Shown: positions 8,329-19,598 of the stretch, one piece after another
Layout of the letters: every line of letters begins with the position of its first letter
Position numbering within the stretch: the stretch's first letter is position 1
From: an uncultured Thermoplasmata archaeon
GTDB lineage: Archaea; Thermoplasmatota; Thermoplasmata; UBA10834
Assembly: GCA_963719945.1 (NCBI GenBank)
Contig: CAVRDX010000001.1
Location: 64,001 to 128,000, forward strand
DNA length: 64,000 nucleotides
Direction: 5' to 3'
Notes under the pieces: generated by a model
What the model was told of the DNA's origin: nothing
Databases searched by the model: none
Seen by the model: the letters and a program-made list of their open reading frames with translations, nothing else
Program-made: the position numbers and the translations under genes

Positions 8329-10274
8329 TCGACCGATTCCTTCACGCGAACCGCGATGCCTCTTTTGAATGCCAGCATCTCGTCTCTTACCATGAGTGCT
8401 CTGCCGACCGCAGCCAATTGATCCTTGGTGTTCACGACGAAGACGGAATCCTTGATCCTGATGCCAGGGTCACAGTCGACGACGAACTTCGCGAAGACAT
8501 TGTTCCCTTTCTCTGCGAAAGTCGCAGGTTCGTCCTCCACTACTACTCTCATTGCAGGAGGTGGGAGCACGTCCATCAGCATCTTCGCTCCCTCCATCTT
8601 GGGCGTGAGCCTTCCGTCATGGGCCCTCATGGAGAATGCGTGGATGCCGTCGATTATGACGTTCCGGATCTTGCCAGTGTTCTTGGATTTGACGAACTCG
8701 ACCTTCTTGCCGATCAGGATGTCCGAGGCTCCTCTGCCGAATTGCATGTCCAGCACCGCCCTGACGCGGAGCAAGTCCATGTCGAGGTCTCCCTTTCCAG
8801 GCGCGATCTCCTCAAGGAAGTCCAATGTCTCCTGTCCTTCCCACATGACTGCCAGAGGATATCCGTGCTGGTGGGCGTGCCTCTCCATCGTGTCTCTTAT
8901 CTTCTCCTTGACCTCCTGGTCGAGGTCATCTGGGACCACGGATTGTGCAATGGGGTAGAACTCGTCCAGCTCTATGGGTGCAGGGCCGAAGAACGATGCT
9001 ACAAGGAAATTCGCATCAACCTTCGCGGAGACGCTCGCGATCTCGTTCGCGTAGTTCCTGCCATATGGTTTCCCCGCCTCTTCGAATCCGATGAGCACCT
9101 TCGCCCCAGGCTTCCTGTATCTGGTGAAGAACCTCTCCCTATATCTTTCGACGACTGGTCTATCGTAGCTTTCGGGACCGCAGTAGAAGAACGCCCCTTT
9201 CCTGCTGGTCGGCTCGAATACCTCGAGATACTTCGAGTGCTTCTTGAGTATCTTGAGGGCTGACAGGAGGGCTGGATGGGCTCTCGCACGCATCTCGACC
9301 ATCTCCCATATGGCTCCATCATGGATCGCGTTCCTGATCTTCTTGATCTCGCTCAGACTGATGGATAGATTGTGCTCCGCGAGCTTCTTTGTACGCTCTT
9401 GCGCTGACATCTGGGTCAGCTCCTTTATGGATGTCTTGGAGCATACAGGGCAATCGCATGCGAGGTCGTGCATCTCCCTTAGGAATCGCGTGCCCGTTGG
9501 ATACATCATCCTCTCCTCTCTCGCGTACTTCGCGTAAGACGCCGAGTCGAACATATCGCAGCCGAGGAGCGCCGCGAGCGGGAAGATCATCGGATGTCCC
9601 GCGCCGAACAGGTGGACCGGTCTCGATGGGTCGAGCCCCTTCTTCGATGCGATTATGATCTCAGCGATATCGGTGTACCTGTAGTTCTCAAGGAGCGGCA
9701 CCACGCCTCCGATCGGGTGCACATCGAAGTTCATTGCGGACAGCTTCTTCGCGCACTCCTCTCTCAAATCCTGATAAGTCCCTCCCTGCACTGGACCCGC
9801 AAGGAGCATGTCCCCTTTCAAAGCGACAGAATCCTCTGCCCGGCTGAGGGTCACATTGACTGCATCCTCCGTCTGTTCCCTCGAGAATGTAGGTTCTGAG
9901 AAAACGTCCAGTATCGTCCCGATGTCCGAGCCTATCGCCGACTGGAACTCTACGATCTCCCGATGGCCGACATCGACATCTCCATAGACGTAGCTCTGGA
10001 AGGTCCCGCTGTCGGTCATGATGGATCCATCGAATCCAAGGAGCTTGTGGAGCCCTTCCTTTAATGCGCGCTCCCTCAGATTTTGATCCTTCTTTATGAT
10101 GTATGAGTTGGTTATCAGTATCTCTGCCCCGAACCTCTCTTTCATGTCCACCGGCCTGATGGTCAATTGGTTCGGGTTCACCACCGGCAGCAGAGCGGGT
10201 GTGGTGACTTTTCCGTGTTTCGTGGTGAGCTCGCCTATCCGTGCGAGCCCGTCCCTGTGCTTCAGTTCGAACAT
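8325..10274 (-). CDS. tgtA: Archaeosine tRNA-guanine(15) transglycosylase with C-terminal PUA domain
   Basis: MFELKHRDGLARIG, TDSGTFQ, HLFGAGHP, DMFDSASY, CDCPVC, PUA domain. Confidence 0.96.
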   Translation of the reverse strand: MFELKHRDGLARIGELTTKHGKVTTPALLPVVNPNQLTIRPVDMKERFGAEILITNSYIIKKDQNLRERALKEGLHKLLGFDGSIMTDSGTFQSYVYGDVDVGHREIVEFQSAIGSDIGTILDVFSEPTFSREQTEDAVNVTLSRAEDSVALKGDMLLAGPVQGGTYQDLREECAKKLSAMNFDVHPIGGVVPLLENYRYTDIAEIIIASKKGLDPSRPVHLFGAGHPMIFPLAALLGCDMFDSASYAKYAREERMMYPTGTRFLREMHDLACDCPVCSKTSIKELTQMSAQERTKKLAEHNLSISLSEIKKIRNAIHDGAIWEMVEMRARAHPALLSALKILKKHSKYLEVFEPTSRKGAFFYCGPESYDRPVVERYRERFFTRYRKPGAKVLIGFEEAGKPYGRNYANEIASVSAKVDANFLVASFFGPAPIELDEFYPIAQSVVPDDLDQEVKEKIRDTMERHAHQHGYPLAVMWEGQETLDFLEEIAPGKGDLDMDLLRVRAVLDMQFGRGASDILIGKKVEFVKSKNTGKIRNVIIDGIHAFSMRAHDGRLTPKMEGAKMLMDVLPPPAMRVVVEDEPATFAEKGNNVFAKFVVDCDPGIRIKDSVFVVNTKDQLAAVGRALMVRDEMLAFKRGIAVRVKESVD

Positions 10275-10384
10275 TTCGTCTTGATGTAACGTGAGGGTGG
10301 TAATTATGGTTTCACAGCCATCGGCGCGTTCCCTTCCAGAAAACAATTAAATATGCTCCTTCTTCTGCACTCGCCTGGAGCAAG

Positions 10385-10954
10385 ATGAGCGGTCTGTTGC
10401 AGGCTTTTGCGGGGATATTGATAGTATTCTTTCTTCCGGGCTACACGCTCGTATGCATGCTCTTTCCGAGGAGAGGTGAACTCGACCCTGAGTACGATGT
10501 TGTATACAGAGTCGCATTGGGCATGGGGTTGAGCATCGTGATCGCGATCTTCGTGGGGTTCGTGCTCAATGCCATGAGCACCGAAGAGGAAGGGTATGTC
10601 ACCGCAGTACCGCTCTGGATCAGCCTCCTTTCGTTGACCGGCATCTTCACCGTGGGTGGATGGCTAAGAGGGGCGTATCCTTCCATGGGCCTAGCGCATC
10701 CCAGCCTCTATCGTCCGCCTCCTCCTCAGAAGGCCTTCGGCATGAGGCCTGCATCCCCTGGAAAGAAGAGGGAGACCGAGAAGCTGCTGATAGAGCGGGA
10801 CGATATGGTGCGAGCGGTCGAGAAGTATGCTGCCCGGTCGTCGACTTCAAATCCTAACAAGAGCCTCTACTACCAGAGGAGGATAGACGAGCTGAGGGTT
10901 CGGATCGAGCAGATCAACGAGTTGCTCGACCGGATGGACCGGGAGGCGAAGTGA
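10385..10954 (+). CDS. DUF1616-like membrane protein
   Basis: FFLPGY.L...LFP...ELD...R.ALG.GLSI motif, 3 TM plus coiled coil. Confidence 0.75.
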   Translation: MSGLLQAFAGILIVFFLPGYTLVCMLFPRRGELDPEYDVVYRVALGMGLSIVIAIFVGFVLNAMSTEEEGYVTAVPLWISLLSLTGIFTVGGWLRGAYPSMGLAHPSLYRPPPPQKAFGMRPASPGKKRETEKLLIERDDMVRAVEKYAARSSTSNPNKSLYYQRRIDELRVRIEQINELLDRMDREAK

Positions 10955-11329
10955 TTGGCTATTAGAAAGGGAGATATGGAGTACAAGCTGGTCATCGTTG
11001 TCAGGGACGACCTGAAGATGTCCGTCGGAAAGCTGGCCGCCCAAGTGGCCCATGCTGCTGTCTCATGCTCTCTGCAGGCGAAGGCCAAGAATTCCGGATG
11101 GTTCCATTCCTGGTACAAAGAGGGCCAGAAGAAAGTGGTCGTGCGCGTCAAGACTCTGGAGGAGCTATTCGAATTGAACGAGAAGGCCGCAAAGGCCGGG
11201 CTTCCACGCAGTCTTATCACGGACGCTGGTCTGACCGAACTGCCTTCCAACACGACGACCTGCTTAGGGGTCGGGCCGGGACCAGATAGTCTTGTAGATT
11301 CGGTCACAGGCTCCCTTCCGCTCGCGTGA
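10955..11329 (+). CDS. pth2: Peptidyl-tRNA hydrolase Pth2
   Basis: KLVIVVR.DLKMS.GKLAAQVAHA, GQKKVV, DAGLTEL, GVGP. Confidence 0.96.
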   Translation: MAIRKGDMEYKLVIVVRDDLKMSVGKLAAQVAHAAVSCSLQAKAKNSGWFHSWYKEGQKKVVVRVKTLEELFELNEKAAKAGLPRSLITDAGLTELPSNTTTCLGVGPGPDSLVDSVTGSLPLA

Positions 11330-11907
11330 GTGAGATGAAGAACCAAGTCAGGATACTGGGGATAGACGATTCTCCGTTCAAATTCGGGGATGAGGACTCG
11401 CTGGTGATCGGAGCCCTCGTGAGGACGCCGAACTACCTCGAGGCCGTCATGAGGACCCGTGCCGAGGTCGACGGAACGGATTCTACCGACCGGTTGATCG
11501 AGTTGATCCAAGGGTCGAGGTACAAGGACCAGATCAAGGCGGTCATGATCGACGGCATCGCGCTCGCCGGATTCAACGTGATCGATTTGGAGCGGTTGCA
11601 TGAGAGCATATCGGTCCCTGTGCTCACGATCACACGGGATAGGCCAGATTTCAAGGAGATCGAATCTGCCCTGAAGAAGCATTTCGCCGATTGGAAGGAC
11701 CGTCTAGGACTGATGACCAGGCTCGATTTGAAGCAGATACGAACGGAACACAACCCCCTGTTCGCCTGCGGGATCGGCCTGGAATGGCCCGAGTTCGAGG
11801 AACTGGCACGCCTGGCCACTGTCAAGGGGGCCCTTCCAGAACCGCTCAGGATCGCCCACTTGATATCGTCCGCTTTGGTGAGCGGGGAATCGAAGGGGAG
11901 GTCTTGA
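11326..11907 (+). CDS. DUF99 family protein (endonuclease V-like fold)
   Basis: RILGIDDSPF, VDGTD.T, DGIALAGFN, PEPLRIAHLI. Confidence 0.9.
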   Translation: MSEMKNQVRILGIDDSPFKFGDEDSLVIGALVRTPNYLEAVMRTRAEVDGTDSTDRLIELIQGSRYKDQIKAVMIDGIALAGFNVIDLERLHESISVPVLTITRDRPDFKEIESALKKHFADWKDRLGLMTRLDLKQIRTEHNPLFACGIGLEWPEFEELARLATVKGALPEPLRIAHLISSALVSGESKGRS

Positions 11908-12094
11908 CCCCTGGAGTCCAGGCATAAACGACTTATACCCTCTGCAATCTCCCATCGTCCGGAAGAACAGGGTCCTTGAGAATATTGTCCCTGGAGCGGC
12001 AACCTGGAATGCTGGCAGTGCGGACAGTATAACCGTAAGTTTTAATAGGCTGACGGATTTGTAGGGCTTACTTCCGTAGCGAAAGGTGAACCTA

Positions 12095-12523
12095 TTGCCT
12101 AGAGGTCTAATCACAGCCAGAAAGCTCAAGCAGAGCCGACAGATGATGAGATGGAGCGATCGTTATTACAAGCGCAGGCAACTGCACTTGAAAGAGAAGT
12201 CCGACCCTCTCGAAGGCTCAGCCCAGGCGAAAGGCGTCGTGCTTGAGAAAGTCGGTATTGAGGCGAAACAACCAAACTCTGCGATACGGAAGTGTGTCAA
12301 GATCCAATTGATCAAGAACGGTAGGCAGATCACCGCCTTCGCCGTCGGCGACGGTGCCATCAACTTCATAGATGAGCACGATGAGGTGCTGGTCGAGGGC
12401 ATCGGGGGCAGGATGGGTAGGTCCTACGGTGACATCCCCGGTGTCAGATACAAGGTGATCAAAGTCAACAACGTCTCTCTAAACGAGCTGGTGAGGGGCA
12501 GAAAGGAGAAACCTGTGAGGTGA
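12095..12523 (+). CDS. rps12: 30S ribosomal protein uS12
   Basis: [24 protein letters not shown]; TTG start behind AGGTGA RBS. Confidence 0.97.
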   Translation: MPRGLITARKLKQSRQMMRWSDRYYKRRQLHLKEKSDPLEGSAQAKGVVLEKVGIEAKQPNSAIRKCVKIQLIKNGRQITAFAVGDGAINFIDEHDEVLVEGIGGRMGRSYGDIPGVRYKVIKVNNVSLNELVRGRKEKPVR

Positions 12524-12527
12524 TCAT

Positions 12528-13256
12528 ATGGCAGAAGAAAAGGTACCAGAACAGGCAACCCAAGCCCCGGAGCCTACTGCATCCCCTGAGGCAGCTGCTG
12601 CACCGCTTACTCAACCGCAGAAAGCCGAACAGAAACCAGCAGATAACAAGGCCGTAGAGGCTGATGTGGCCGCGGAGCCGGCGAAACCGATGGCCAGCGT
12701 ACTCCTCTTCGGCAAGTACGACGCTTCGGTCGTAACCATAAGTGACCCGGGTATGGCGAGGTACATGGATATCTCGCCAATATCCGTGCCACACACTGGT
12801 GGAAAGCACACGGCCAAGGCGTTCGGGAAGGCCAAGATGAGCATAGTGGAGCGCCTCATCAACAACATGATGAGGACCGAGGATTTCACGGGCAAGAAGA
12901 TGGGGTCCTACAAGGCGGTCGAGGATGCCTTCGCGTCGATCCATGCCAAGACGGGCCAGAACCCGCTCCAGGTACTGGTCGATGCGCTGCTCAACACCGC
13001 TCCCAGGGAAGAGGTCACGAGGCTACGGTACGGAGGCATATCAGTTCCGAAGGCCGTCGATGTCGCTCCTGCAAGGAGGGTCGACCTCGCTCTGAGGTAT
13101 GTGTGTCAGGCTACACTGGAATCCTCGCACGGGAGCAAGACCCCGATAGGTGATTGTCTCGCCAACCAACTACTGCTCGCAGCCAAGAACGACATGAACA
13201 GCAGTGCGGTGGCCAAGAAGGAAGAAATCGAAAGGGTGGCTTCGTCCGCTCGCTGA
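12528..13256 (+). CDS. rps7: 30S ribosomal protein uS7 with A/P/E-rich N-terminal extension
   Basis: IVERLINNMM, NPLQVLVDA, PREE, AVDVAP.RRVD.AL, ERVASSAR. Confidence 0.97.
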   Translation: MAEEKVPEQATQAPEPTASPEAAAAPLTQPQKAEQKPADNKAVEADVAAEPAKPMASVLLFGKYDASVVTISDPGMARYMDISPISVPHTGGKHTAKAFGKAKMSIVERLINNMMRTEDFTGKKMGSYKAVEDAFASIHAKTGQNPLQVLVDALLNTAPREEVTRLRYGGISVPKAVDVAPARRVDLALRYVCQATLESSHGSKTPIGDCLANQLLLAAKNDMNSSAVAKKEEIERVASSAR

Positions 13257-13341
13257 GTTTGTTTGACAAACCTCTTATCATGCTTTCATGTTCGACGCTT
13301 TACTGTCGCATATGAACTAGAACTAGACCCATGGTGATCTT

Positions 13342-15540
13342 ATGGGAAGAAAAGAAGACAATATCCGCAAGGCGCAAGCCCTGATGAGGCAGACCAAATT
13401 CATCCGTAACATCGGAACCGCTGCCCACATCGACCACGGAAAGACGACGCTCTCCGACAACCTGATCGCTGGATCGGGCATGATGTCCGGGGATCTTGCT
13501 GGCAAGCAGCTGCTCCTCGACTTCGATGAGCAGGAGCAGGCCAGAGGGATCACGATCAACGCCGCGAGCGCGTCGATGGTTTATGATTACAAGGGTCAGG
13601 AATACCTGATCAATCTCATCGACACACCTGGTCACGTCGACTTCGGCGGCGATGTCACGAGGGCCATGAGGGCCATCGACGGTGTCATCATCCTCGCTTG
13701 CGCGGTCGAAGGTGTGATGCCTCAGACGGAGACCGTCATAAGACAGGCAATCAAGGAGAGGGTTCACCCGATCCTGTTCATCAACAAGGTCGACAGACTG
13801 ATAAACGAGCTTCAGGTGACGCCCGAGCAGATGCAGGCGCGTCTCGCTGGTATCGTCAACGAGGTCAACGAGAAGATCAAGAAGCTGTTGCCGCCCGAGC
13901 TGAAGGACAAGTGGGCGTTGAAGGTCGAGACTGGCAACGTCATATTCGGCTCCGCTTACAACAACTGGGCTATATCCGTGCCCTACATGAAGGCCACTGG
14001 TATCAATTTCAAGCAGGTGTACGAGTTCTGCAAGAATGGCGACCAGAAGACCCTTGCGAAGAAGGCTCCTCTCCATGAGGTCCTGCTCGAGATGGTCATC
14101 ATACACCTTCCAAACCCCGATGAGGCCCAGAAACTCAGGATACCCATCATTTGGCACGGGGACCCAGAGTCTAATTTCGGCAAGGGGATGTTGAACTGCG
14201 ATCCAGAAGGTCCGGTGGCTCTCATGGTCACAAAGATCATAGTGGATCAGCATGCTGGTGAGGTCGCAGTCGGCCGTCTCTTCAGTGGGAAGATCCGAAA
14301 GGGCCAGGAGCTGCATGTCATAGGCATGCCAGACCCCAACAGGGCCCAGATGGTCTCGCTCACAGTCGGCGCGGACAGGATCCCTGTCGACGAGCTGGAT
14401 GCGGGCAACGTCGTCGCGGTATCCGGACTCAAGGATGCGATCGCTGGTTCCACTGTCTCCAGTGACCCTGAGATGGCGTCTTTCGAGAAGATCGTTCACT
14501 ACAGCGACCCTGTCGTCACCGTGGCCATAGAGGCCAAGCACACGAAGGATCTGCCTAAGCTGGTGGATGTACTTCGCACAGTCGCGAAGGCAGACCCGTC
14601 GATCCAGGTCGAGATCAACCAGGAGACGGGCGAGCATCTGATGTCTGGCATGGGCGAACTGCATCTTGAGATCACTCAGTACAGGATAGTCAACGAGCAC
14701 AAGGTCGAGATCAAGACCTCACCGCCAATCGTCGTGTTCAGGGAGTGCGTGCTTGGAATGGGCGGTCCGTTCGAGGGCAAGTCCCCGAACAAGCACAACA
14801 AGTTCTACATCGAGGTCGAACCGCTCTCAGCAGATATCGTCCAGGCCATGCGTTCCGGCGTCATCGATGTCGAGGGCAAGGTCAAGGACTCGAAGGCGGT
14901 CGCGAGGCAGCTCCAGGATCTGGGCATGGATAGGGACGAGGCGAGAGGCATCGTGGCCTTCCATGGCACCAACATGCTCCTAGACATGACCAAAGGTATC
15001 CAGTACCTGCACGAGACGATGGAACTGATAAAAGAAGCGTACATAGAGGCCATGAACCGAGGCCCGCTGGCCAACGAGAAGTGCATGGCTGTCAAGATCA
15101 AGCTCGTCGATGCCAAGATGCATGAGGACAGCATACACAGGGGCCCGGCCCAGGTCATTCCAGCTGCAAGATCCGCTATCTACGGTGCGATGTGCCAGGC
15201 TGGCCGTACCCTTTACGAGCCCATGCAGAAGGTCTTCATCAATGTGCCCCAGGACGTCATGGGTGACGCGATCCGTGAGGTCCAGCAGAGGCGCGGAGTG
15301 ATTGAGGACATGAAGCAAGAGGGCGAGATGACGATCGTAGCTTCCAAGTGCCCAGTCTCCGAGATGTTCGGCTTCGCAGCATCCATCAGGGGTGCCACGA
15401 GTGGAAGGGCGCTCTGGTCGACTGAGAACGCTGGCTTCGAGCCGATGCCCAAGGACCCCTTGGACAAGGCCGTGCTGCAGATAAGGCAGAGGAAGGGACT
15501 CAAGCCTGAGCCGTACGACGCTGCGTACTACTCGAGCTGA
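13342..15540 (+). CDS. fusA: Translation elongation factor aEF-2
   Basis: [22 protein letters not shown], diphthamide loop [11 protein letters not shown]. Confidence 0.98.
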   Translation: MGRKEDNIRKAQALMRQTKFIRNIGTAAHIDHGKTTLSDNLIAGSGMMSGDLAGKQLLLDFDEQEQARGITINAASASMVYDYKGQEYLINLIDTPGHVDFGGDVTRAMRAIDGVIILACAVEGVMPQTETVIRQAIKERVHPILFINKVDRLINELQVTPEQMQARLAGIVNEVNEKIKKLLPPELKDKWALKVETGNVIFGSAYNNWAISVPYMKATGINFKQVYEFCKNGDQKTLAKKAPLHEVLLEMVIIHLPNPDEAQKLRIPIIWHGDPESNFGKGMLNCDPEGPVALMVTKIIVDQHAGEVAVGRLFSGKIRKGQELHVIGMPDPNRAQMVSLTVGADRIPVDELDAGNVVAVSGLKDAIAGSTVSSDPEMASFEKIVHYSDPVVTVAIEAKHTKDLPKLVDVLRTVAKADPSIQVEINQETGEHLMSGMGELHLEITQYRIVNEHKVEIKTSPPIVVFRECVLGMGGPFEGKSPNKHNKFYIEVEPLSADIVQAMRSGVIDVEGKVKDSKAVARQLQDLGMDRDEARGIVAFHGTNMLLDMTKGIQYLHETMELIKEAYIEAMNRGPLANEKCMAVKIKLVDAKMHEDSIHRGPAQVIPAARSAIYGAMCQAGRTLYEPMQKVFINVPQDVMGDAIREVQQRRGVIEDMKQEGEMTIVASKCPVSEMFGFAASIRGATSGRALWSTENAGFEPMPKDPLDKAVLQIRQRKGLKPEPYDAAYYSS

Positions 15541-15628
15541 TGGAAGAGCCACAGTCCAGATTCCCTTTGCAAAAAGACTAATATACCAAGAGCATCATGC
15601 TCGAAAAGAAGACAATGGAGGCCATGAT

Positions 15629-16900
15629 ATGGCAGAGAAACCACATATGAACTTGGTGTTCATCGGACATGTTGACCACGGTAAGTCGACCAGTGTCGGT
15701 CGCTTGCTCCTCGACACGGGCCACGTTGAGGCCCACATCATCGAGAAGTACAGGAAGGAGGCCGAGACGAAGGGCAAGGCGACTTTCGAGTTCGCATGGG
15801 TCATGGATGGACTGAAGGAAGAGCGAGAGAGAGGTCTCACCATCGATGTTGCACACAAGAGGTTCAACACCTCGAAGTACTACTTCACCATAATCGACGC
15901 ACCTGGACACAGGGACTTCGTGAAGAACATGATCACTGGTACCAGCCAAGCTGACGCAGCGGTCATCGTCGTGTCGTCGATCGAGGGTCCCCAGGCCCAG
16001 ACGAAGGAGCACATCTTCCTGGCAAGGACGCTCGGTGTGAACCAGATCGTTATCGATATCAACAAGATGGACGCGGTCAAGTACGATCAGGCGAAGTACG
16101 AGGAGACCAAGAAGGCAGTGACCGAGCTTTTGAAGACGGTCGGGTACAAGACGGACGAGATTCCGTTCATCCCGTGCTCTGGATTCAAGGGCGACAACAT
16201 TGCATCCGTCTCTGCGAACACTCCTTGGTACAAGGGCCCGACACTCGTTCAGGCACTCGATGGTCTGAAGCCCCCGGCACAGATGACCGACAAGGCACTC
16301 AGACTCCCAGTGCAGGATGTCTACAGCATCACTGGTGTAGGAACCGTTCCAGTGGGCAGGGTCGAGACCGGCGTGCTCAAGCCAGACATGAAGATCATCT
16401 TCATGCCATCGAACAAGGTCGGAGAAGTCAAGTCGATCGAGATGCACCATGAGATGCTCACACAGGCTTTGCCTGGTGACAATGTCGGATTCAACTGCAG
16501 AGGCATCGCCAAGACCGATATCAAGAGGGGAGATGTCGCTGGTCCAGTAGACAACCCACCGACGGTCGCGAAGACCTTCACCGCGCAGATAATGGTCCTG
16601 AACCACCCGAGCGTGATCACTGTCGGATACACACCAGTGTTCCACATGCACACAGCTCAGGTAGCGTGCACATTCCTTGAGCTCCAGAAGAAGCTCGACC
16701 CGAGGACGGGCGCTGTCAAGGAAGAGAACCCGCAGTTCCTCAAGACCGGTGACGCGGCGATCGTGAAGATCCAGCCGTCCAAGCCACTGGCGATTGAGAA
16801 GGCGAAGGACTTCCCGCAGCTCGGCAGGTTCGCGGTCAGAGACATGGGCCAGACCGTCGCGGCTGGCATGGTCGTGGATGTCGAAAAGAAGGAGATGTAA
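15629..16900 (+). CDS. tuf: Translation elongation factor aEF-1alpha
   Basis: [39 protein letters not shown]. Confidence 0.98.
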   Translation: MAEKPHMNLVFIGHVDHGKSTSVGRLLLDTGHVEAHIIEKYRKEAETKGKATFEFAWVMDGLKEERERGLTIDVAHKRFNTSKYYFTIIDAPGHRDFVKNMITGTSQADAAVIVVSSIEGPQAQTKEHIFLARTLGVNQIVIDINKMDAVKYDQAKYEETKKAVTELLKTVGYKTDEIPFIPCSGFKGDNIASVSANTPWYKGPTLVQALDGLKPPAQMTDKALRLPVQDVYSITGVGTVPVGRVETGVLKPDMKIIFMPSNKVGEVKSIEMHHEMLTQALPGDNVGFNCRGIAKTDIKRGDVAGPVDNPPTVAKTFTAQIMVLNHPSVITVGYTPVFHMHTAQVACTFLELQKKLDPRTGAVKEENPQFLKTGDAAIVKIQPSKPLAIEKAKDFPQLGRFAVRDMGQTVAAGMVVDVEKKEM

Positions 16901-16951
16901 AACCCTTAAAACCCCCTTTCTCTTATGTTTTTCATGTGAGGTTTTGTTGAT

Positions 16952-17263
16952 ATGTCTCAAAGAGCCCGGATTTCTCTTAGCGGAACAGACCCCAAGAAGG
17001 TCGATAGCGTCTGTAAGCAGATCAAGATGATAAGCGAAAAGACAGGCGTGGACATATCCGGACCTATACCTCTCCCGACAAAGAGGTTGCTCGTGCCCGT
17101 GCGCAAGAGCCCCGATGGTGAGGGTTCCGAGACATGGGACCGATGGGAGATGCGCGTACACAAGCGCCTGATCGATCTTGACGCGGACGAGCGTGCCCTC
17201 AGGCAGCTCATGAGGATACAGGTTCCAGACGGCGTCAACATCGAGATAGTGCTGCGCTCCTGA
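16952..17263 (+). CDS. rps10: 30S ribosomal protein uS10
   Basis: [35 protein letters not shown]. Confidence 0.98.
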   Translation: MSQRARISLSGTDPKKVDSVCKQIKMISEKTGVDISGPIPLPTKRLLVPVRKSPDGEGSETWDRWEMRVHKRLIDLDADERALRQLMRIQVPDGVNIEIVLRS

Positions 17264-17564
17264 ATTCTCTGTGCGTGATTTAAGCGCATATTGAATCAAC
17301 AAATTCTTCGATTTGAATTGTTTCAGGGCATATCTTGAATCGCTCGCGACATCCTATTCGCGCGCTCTTTTCTATCGTTTTCCTTTGATGCAGTTGTCTC
17401 GGATGATTTTCAGGCACGAGACTCAACGGACAACTTATTTGACATCGTCGTTGACATAACAAGTCGTTCACGCGTTTATCCGGACCGAGGGTGGTTCGAG
17501 AAGGGGTTCTGAGATCCCGCGATGCATTCCGGAAGCTGCGTGGTCAAGACGAAGGAGTACTACC

Positions 17565-19598
17565 ATGGGGGCAGAACGAGCAGAGGATGGGGCCGGGTCT
17601 CACAACCATCCGTCAGGGGACCATCATGCGACGTTTCGATTCTTGGTGGAGAATTCCAGGGATGTCATATTCAGGCATCTGGCGGTCCCCGAACCCCGGA
17701 CGATATACATCAACCCTTCATGCCAAACGTTGCTAGGCCATTCCCCGAAGGATTTCCATGCCAACCCGAACCTTCTTCCGAGCCTGTTTCATCCCGATGA
17801 CTTGCCGATATTCCATGGCCTCCTCGATGGCAGTGTGCCGCATACCGAGCCCGCTGTTGCCCGTATGATGCGAAAAGACGGTTCCGTCCTATGGACGGAG
17901 CATAGCGCAATCCCTCTGAGGTCCGAAGACGGTCAGATCGTGGGGATCGACAGCTTCTGCCGTGATATCTCTGAGCGGATGCGTTCGTCGCAGGAAGTGA
18001 TCGCACGCGGTAGGATGATCGAGGATCTTCTCCAGAGGACCAAGAATCTGATTGAGAGCGCTCCCATGGCCATAATCGAGCTGGATTCGGATCTTAGGAT
18101 AATCAACCATAATTCACACCTTTTACAGTATATGTCTCCAGGGGGACCTGATAGTGGCGTCATAGGAAAGCCGTTCATGGATGTCTTCCAGGCCGCGGAT
18201 ACTGGGTCATTGATGGATATGGTCGAATCGTGCCGTGTCACGAAGGGATCCACACACAACAGGTTCCTTCCGATCAGAATAGTTGCCGATGACCAACCCG
18301 CAAAGGCTATGGTGTATGATGTCAGCATAGCACCCCTGATTGCTCCGGACCGCTCTGTCTCAAGCATCTTGGTGATGATGAGGGACATGTCCGAACTGGG
18401 GGAACTCGATAGGGAACGCTCATCGATGACCGACCTGCTATGGGTGATGTCCTCCGTGGAGAACATGCAGGAACTCCTGGACAATGCCATCCGCGTGCTG
18501 ACGACCTCGTTCGGTGCCGATGCCGGCATGATATTCTTGATGGACTCCGACTTTGGCAGGTTGTTCCTCGAATCCAAGTTCGGTCCGCTCGAAGGCATAC
18601 CAATATCTCTGGATGATTCCCGCGGAATCGAGTCGACCTCGCTATTTCACTCTCCAGACTCTTCTGGTTTTGAATCCGTGGGGTGTGCTGGGTCGCCTCT
18701 CGTGTCGGAGGTCATACAGTCCTCAGGCATGTCCTCTGGGATATGGGCGCGAATGACTTCAGGGCCACATGTGCTTGGATATGTTCTGCTGTTGTCCCAG
18801 GACCACTCACCGTTCGACGACCAAGCTAAGATATTCTTCAAGATACAGGTGAACACGCTAGCATATGCTGTCCAGAGGATGCAGATGCTGGGCGAGGCGG
18901 AACGAGCAACGGGAGAATCGGCGACCTACCTCGATCTATTGTGCCACGATATAGCAAACTACTCCTCGGCATTGATGTCCTTCAGTGAGCTCATCGAGGA
19001 TAGTGCCGAAGCACCAGATGTAGTCCGGCAGCACGCACAGGATATGAGGAAACAGGTACGAGTCATATCCACGATGATTGAGAGGCTGCGCAAGCTGACC
19101 GGGGTTAGCCATCAGCCCACTGCTATGGTCGAGGTCGATCTCGCGCAGTCAATCATCGATCTCATCGCAAGGCAGATGGATGGCGCGGAGGATGACCAAG
19201 CGATCTCCATCGATTTCGATCCCGCCACGCCGCATGCCATCGCACTGGCTGATTCAAAGATTGAGGTGGCCATTGAGAACATACTGGTGAACTCCATCGA
19301 GAACACCATCACCGAATCCATAGATGTGACCATATCTTTGACAGAATCTCCTGATCGACATGGCTATTTGGAGGTTGTCATAGAGGACAGGGGGACCGGC
19401 ATTCCAGACGATATCAAGTCAAACCTGCTCAAGCCGTCAAAGGATTACTGGGAGATCAAGCGCGGTTTTGGCATGGGCCTCTTCATCTCGAAGATGATCA
19501 TCGAGCGTTCGCGCGGCCAGATATCCATATCCGATCGCGTGCCGGGCGATTGGACACAAGGCACAAAGGTTTCGATATTGCTTCTAAGAGGTGGCTAG
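17565..19598 (+). CDS. PAS-PAS-GAF sensor histidine kinase (soluble)
   Basis: Two PAS/PAC domains, GAF, H box CHDIAN, N box NILVNS, DRGTGIP, GMGLF. Confidence 0.9.
   Translation: MGAERAEDGAGSHNHPSGDHHATFRFLVENSRDVIFRHLAVPEPRTIYINPSCQTLLGHSPKDFHANPNLLPSLFHPDDLPIFHGLLDGSVPHTEPAVARMMRKDGSVLWTEHSAIPLRSEDGQIVGIDSFCRDISERMRSSQEVIARGRMIEDLLQRTKNLIESAPMAIIELDSDLRIINHNSHLLQYMSPGGPDSGVIGKPFMDVFQAADTGSLMDMVESCRVTKGSTHNRFLPIRIVADDQPAKAMVYDVSIAPLIAPDRSVSSILVMMRDMSELGELDRERSSMTDLLWVMSSVENMQELLDNAIRVLTTSFGADAGMIFLMDSDFGRLFLESKFGPLEGIPISLDDSRGIESTSLFHSPDSSGFESVGCAGSPLVSEVIQSSGMSSGIWARMTSGPHVLGYVLLLSQDHSPFDDQAKIFFKIQVNTLAYAVQRMQMLGEAERATGESATYLDLLCHDIANYSSALMSFSELIEDSAEAPDVVRQHAQDMRKQVRVISTMIERLRKLTGVSHQPTAMVEVDLAQSIIDLIARQMDGAEDDQAISIDFDPATPHAIALADSKIEVAIENILVNSIENTITESIDVTISLTESPDRHGYLEVVIEDRGTGIPDDIKSNLLKPSKDYWEIKRGFGMGLFISKMIIERSRGQISISDRVPGDWTQGTKVSILLLRGG

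Noticed and set aside
8286-17302. Long antisense ORFs (8286-9263, 10870-11682, 13300-14700, 15578-17302)
   Set aside because: Shadow frames of tgtA, pth2/DUF99, fusA and tuf/rps10 caused by codon bias; no recognisable motifs.
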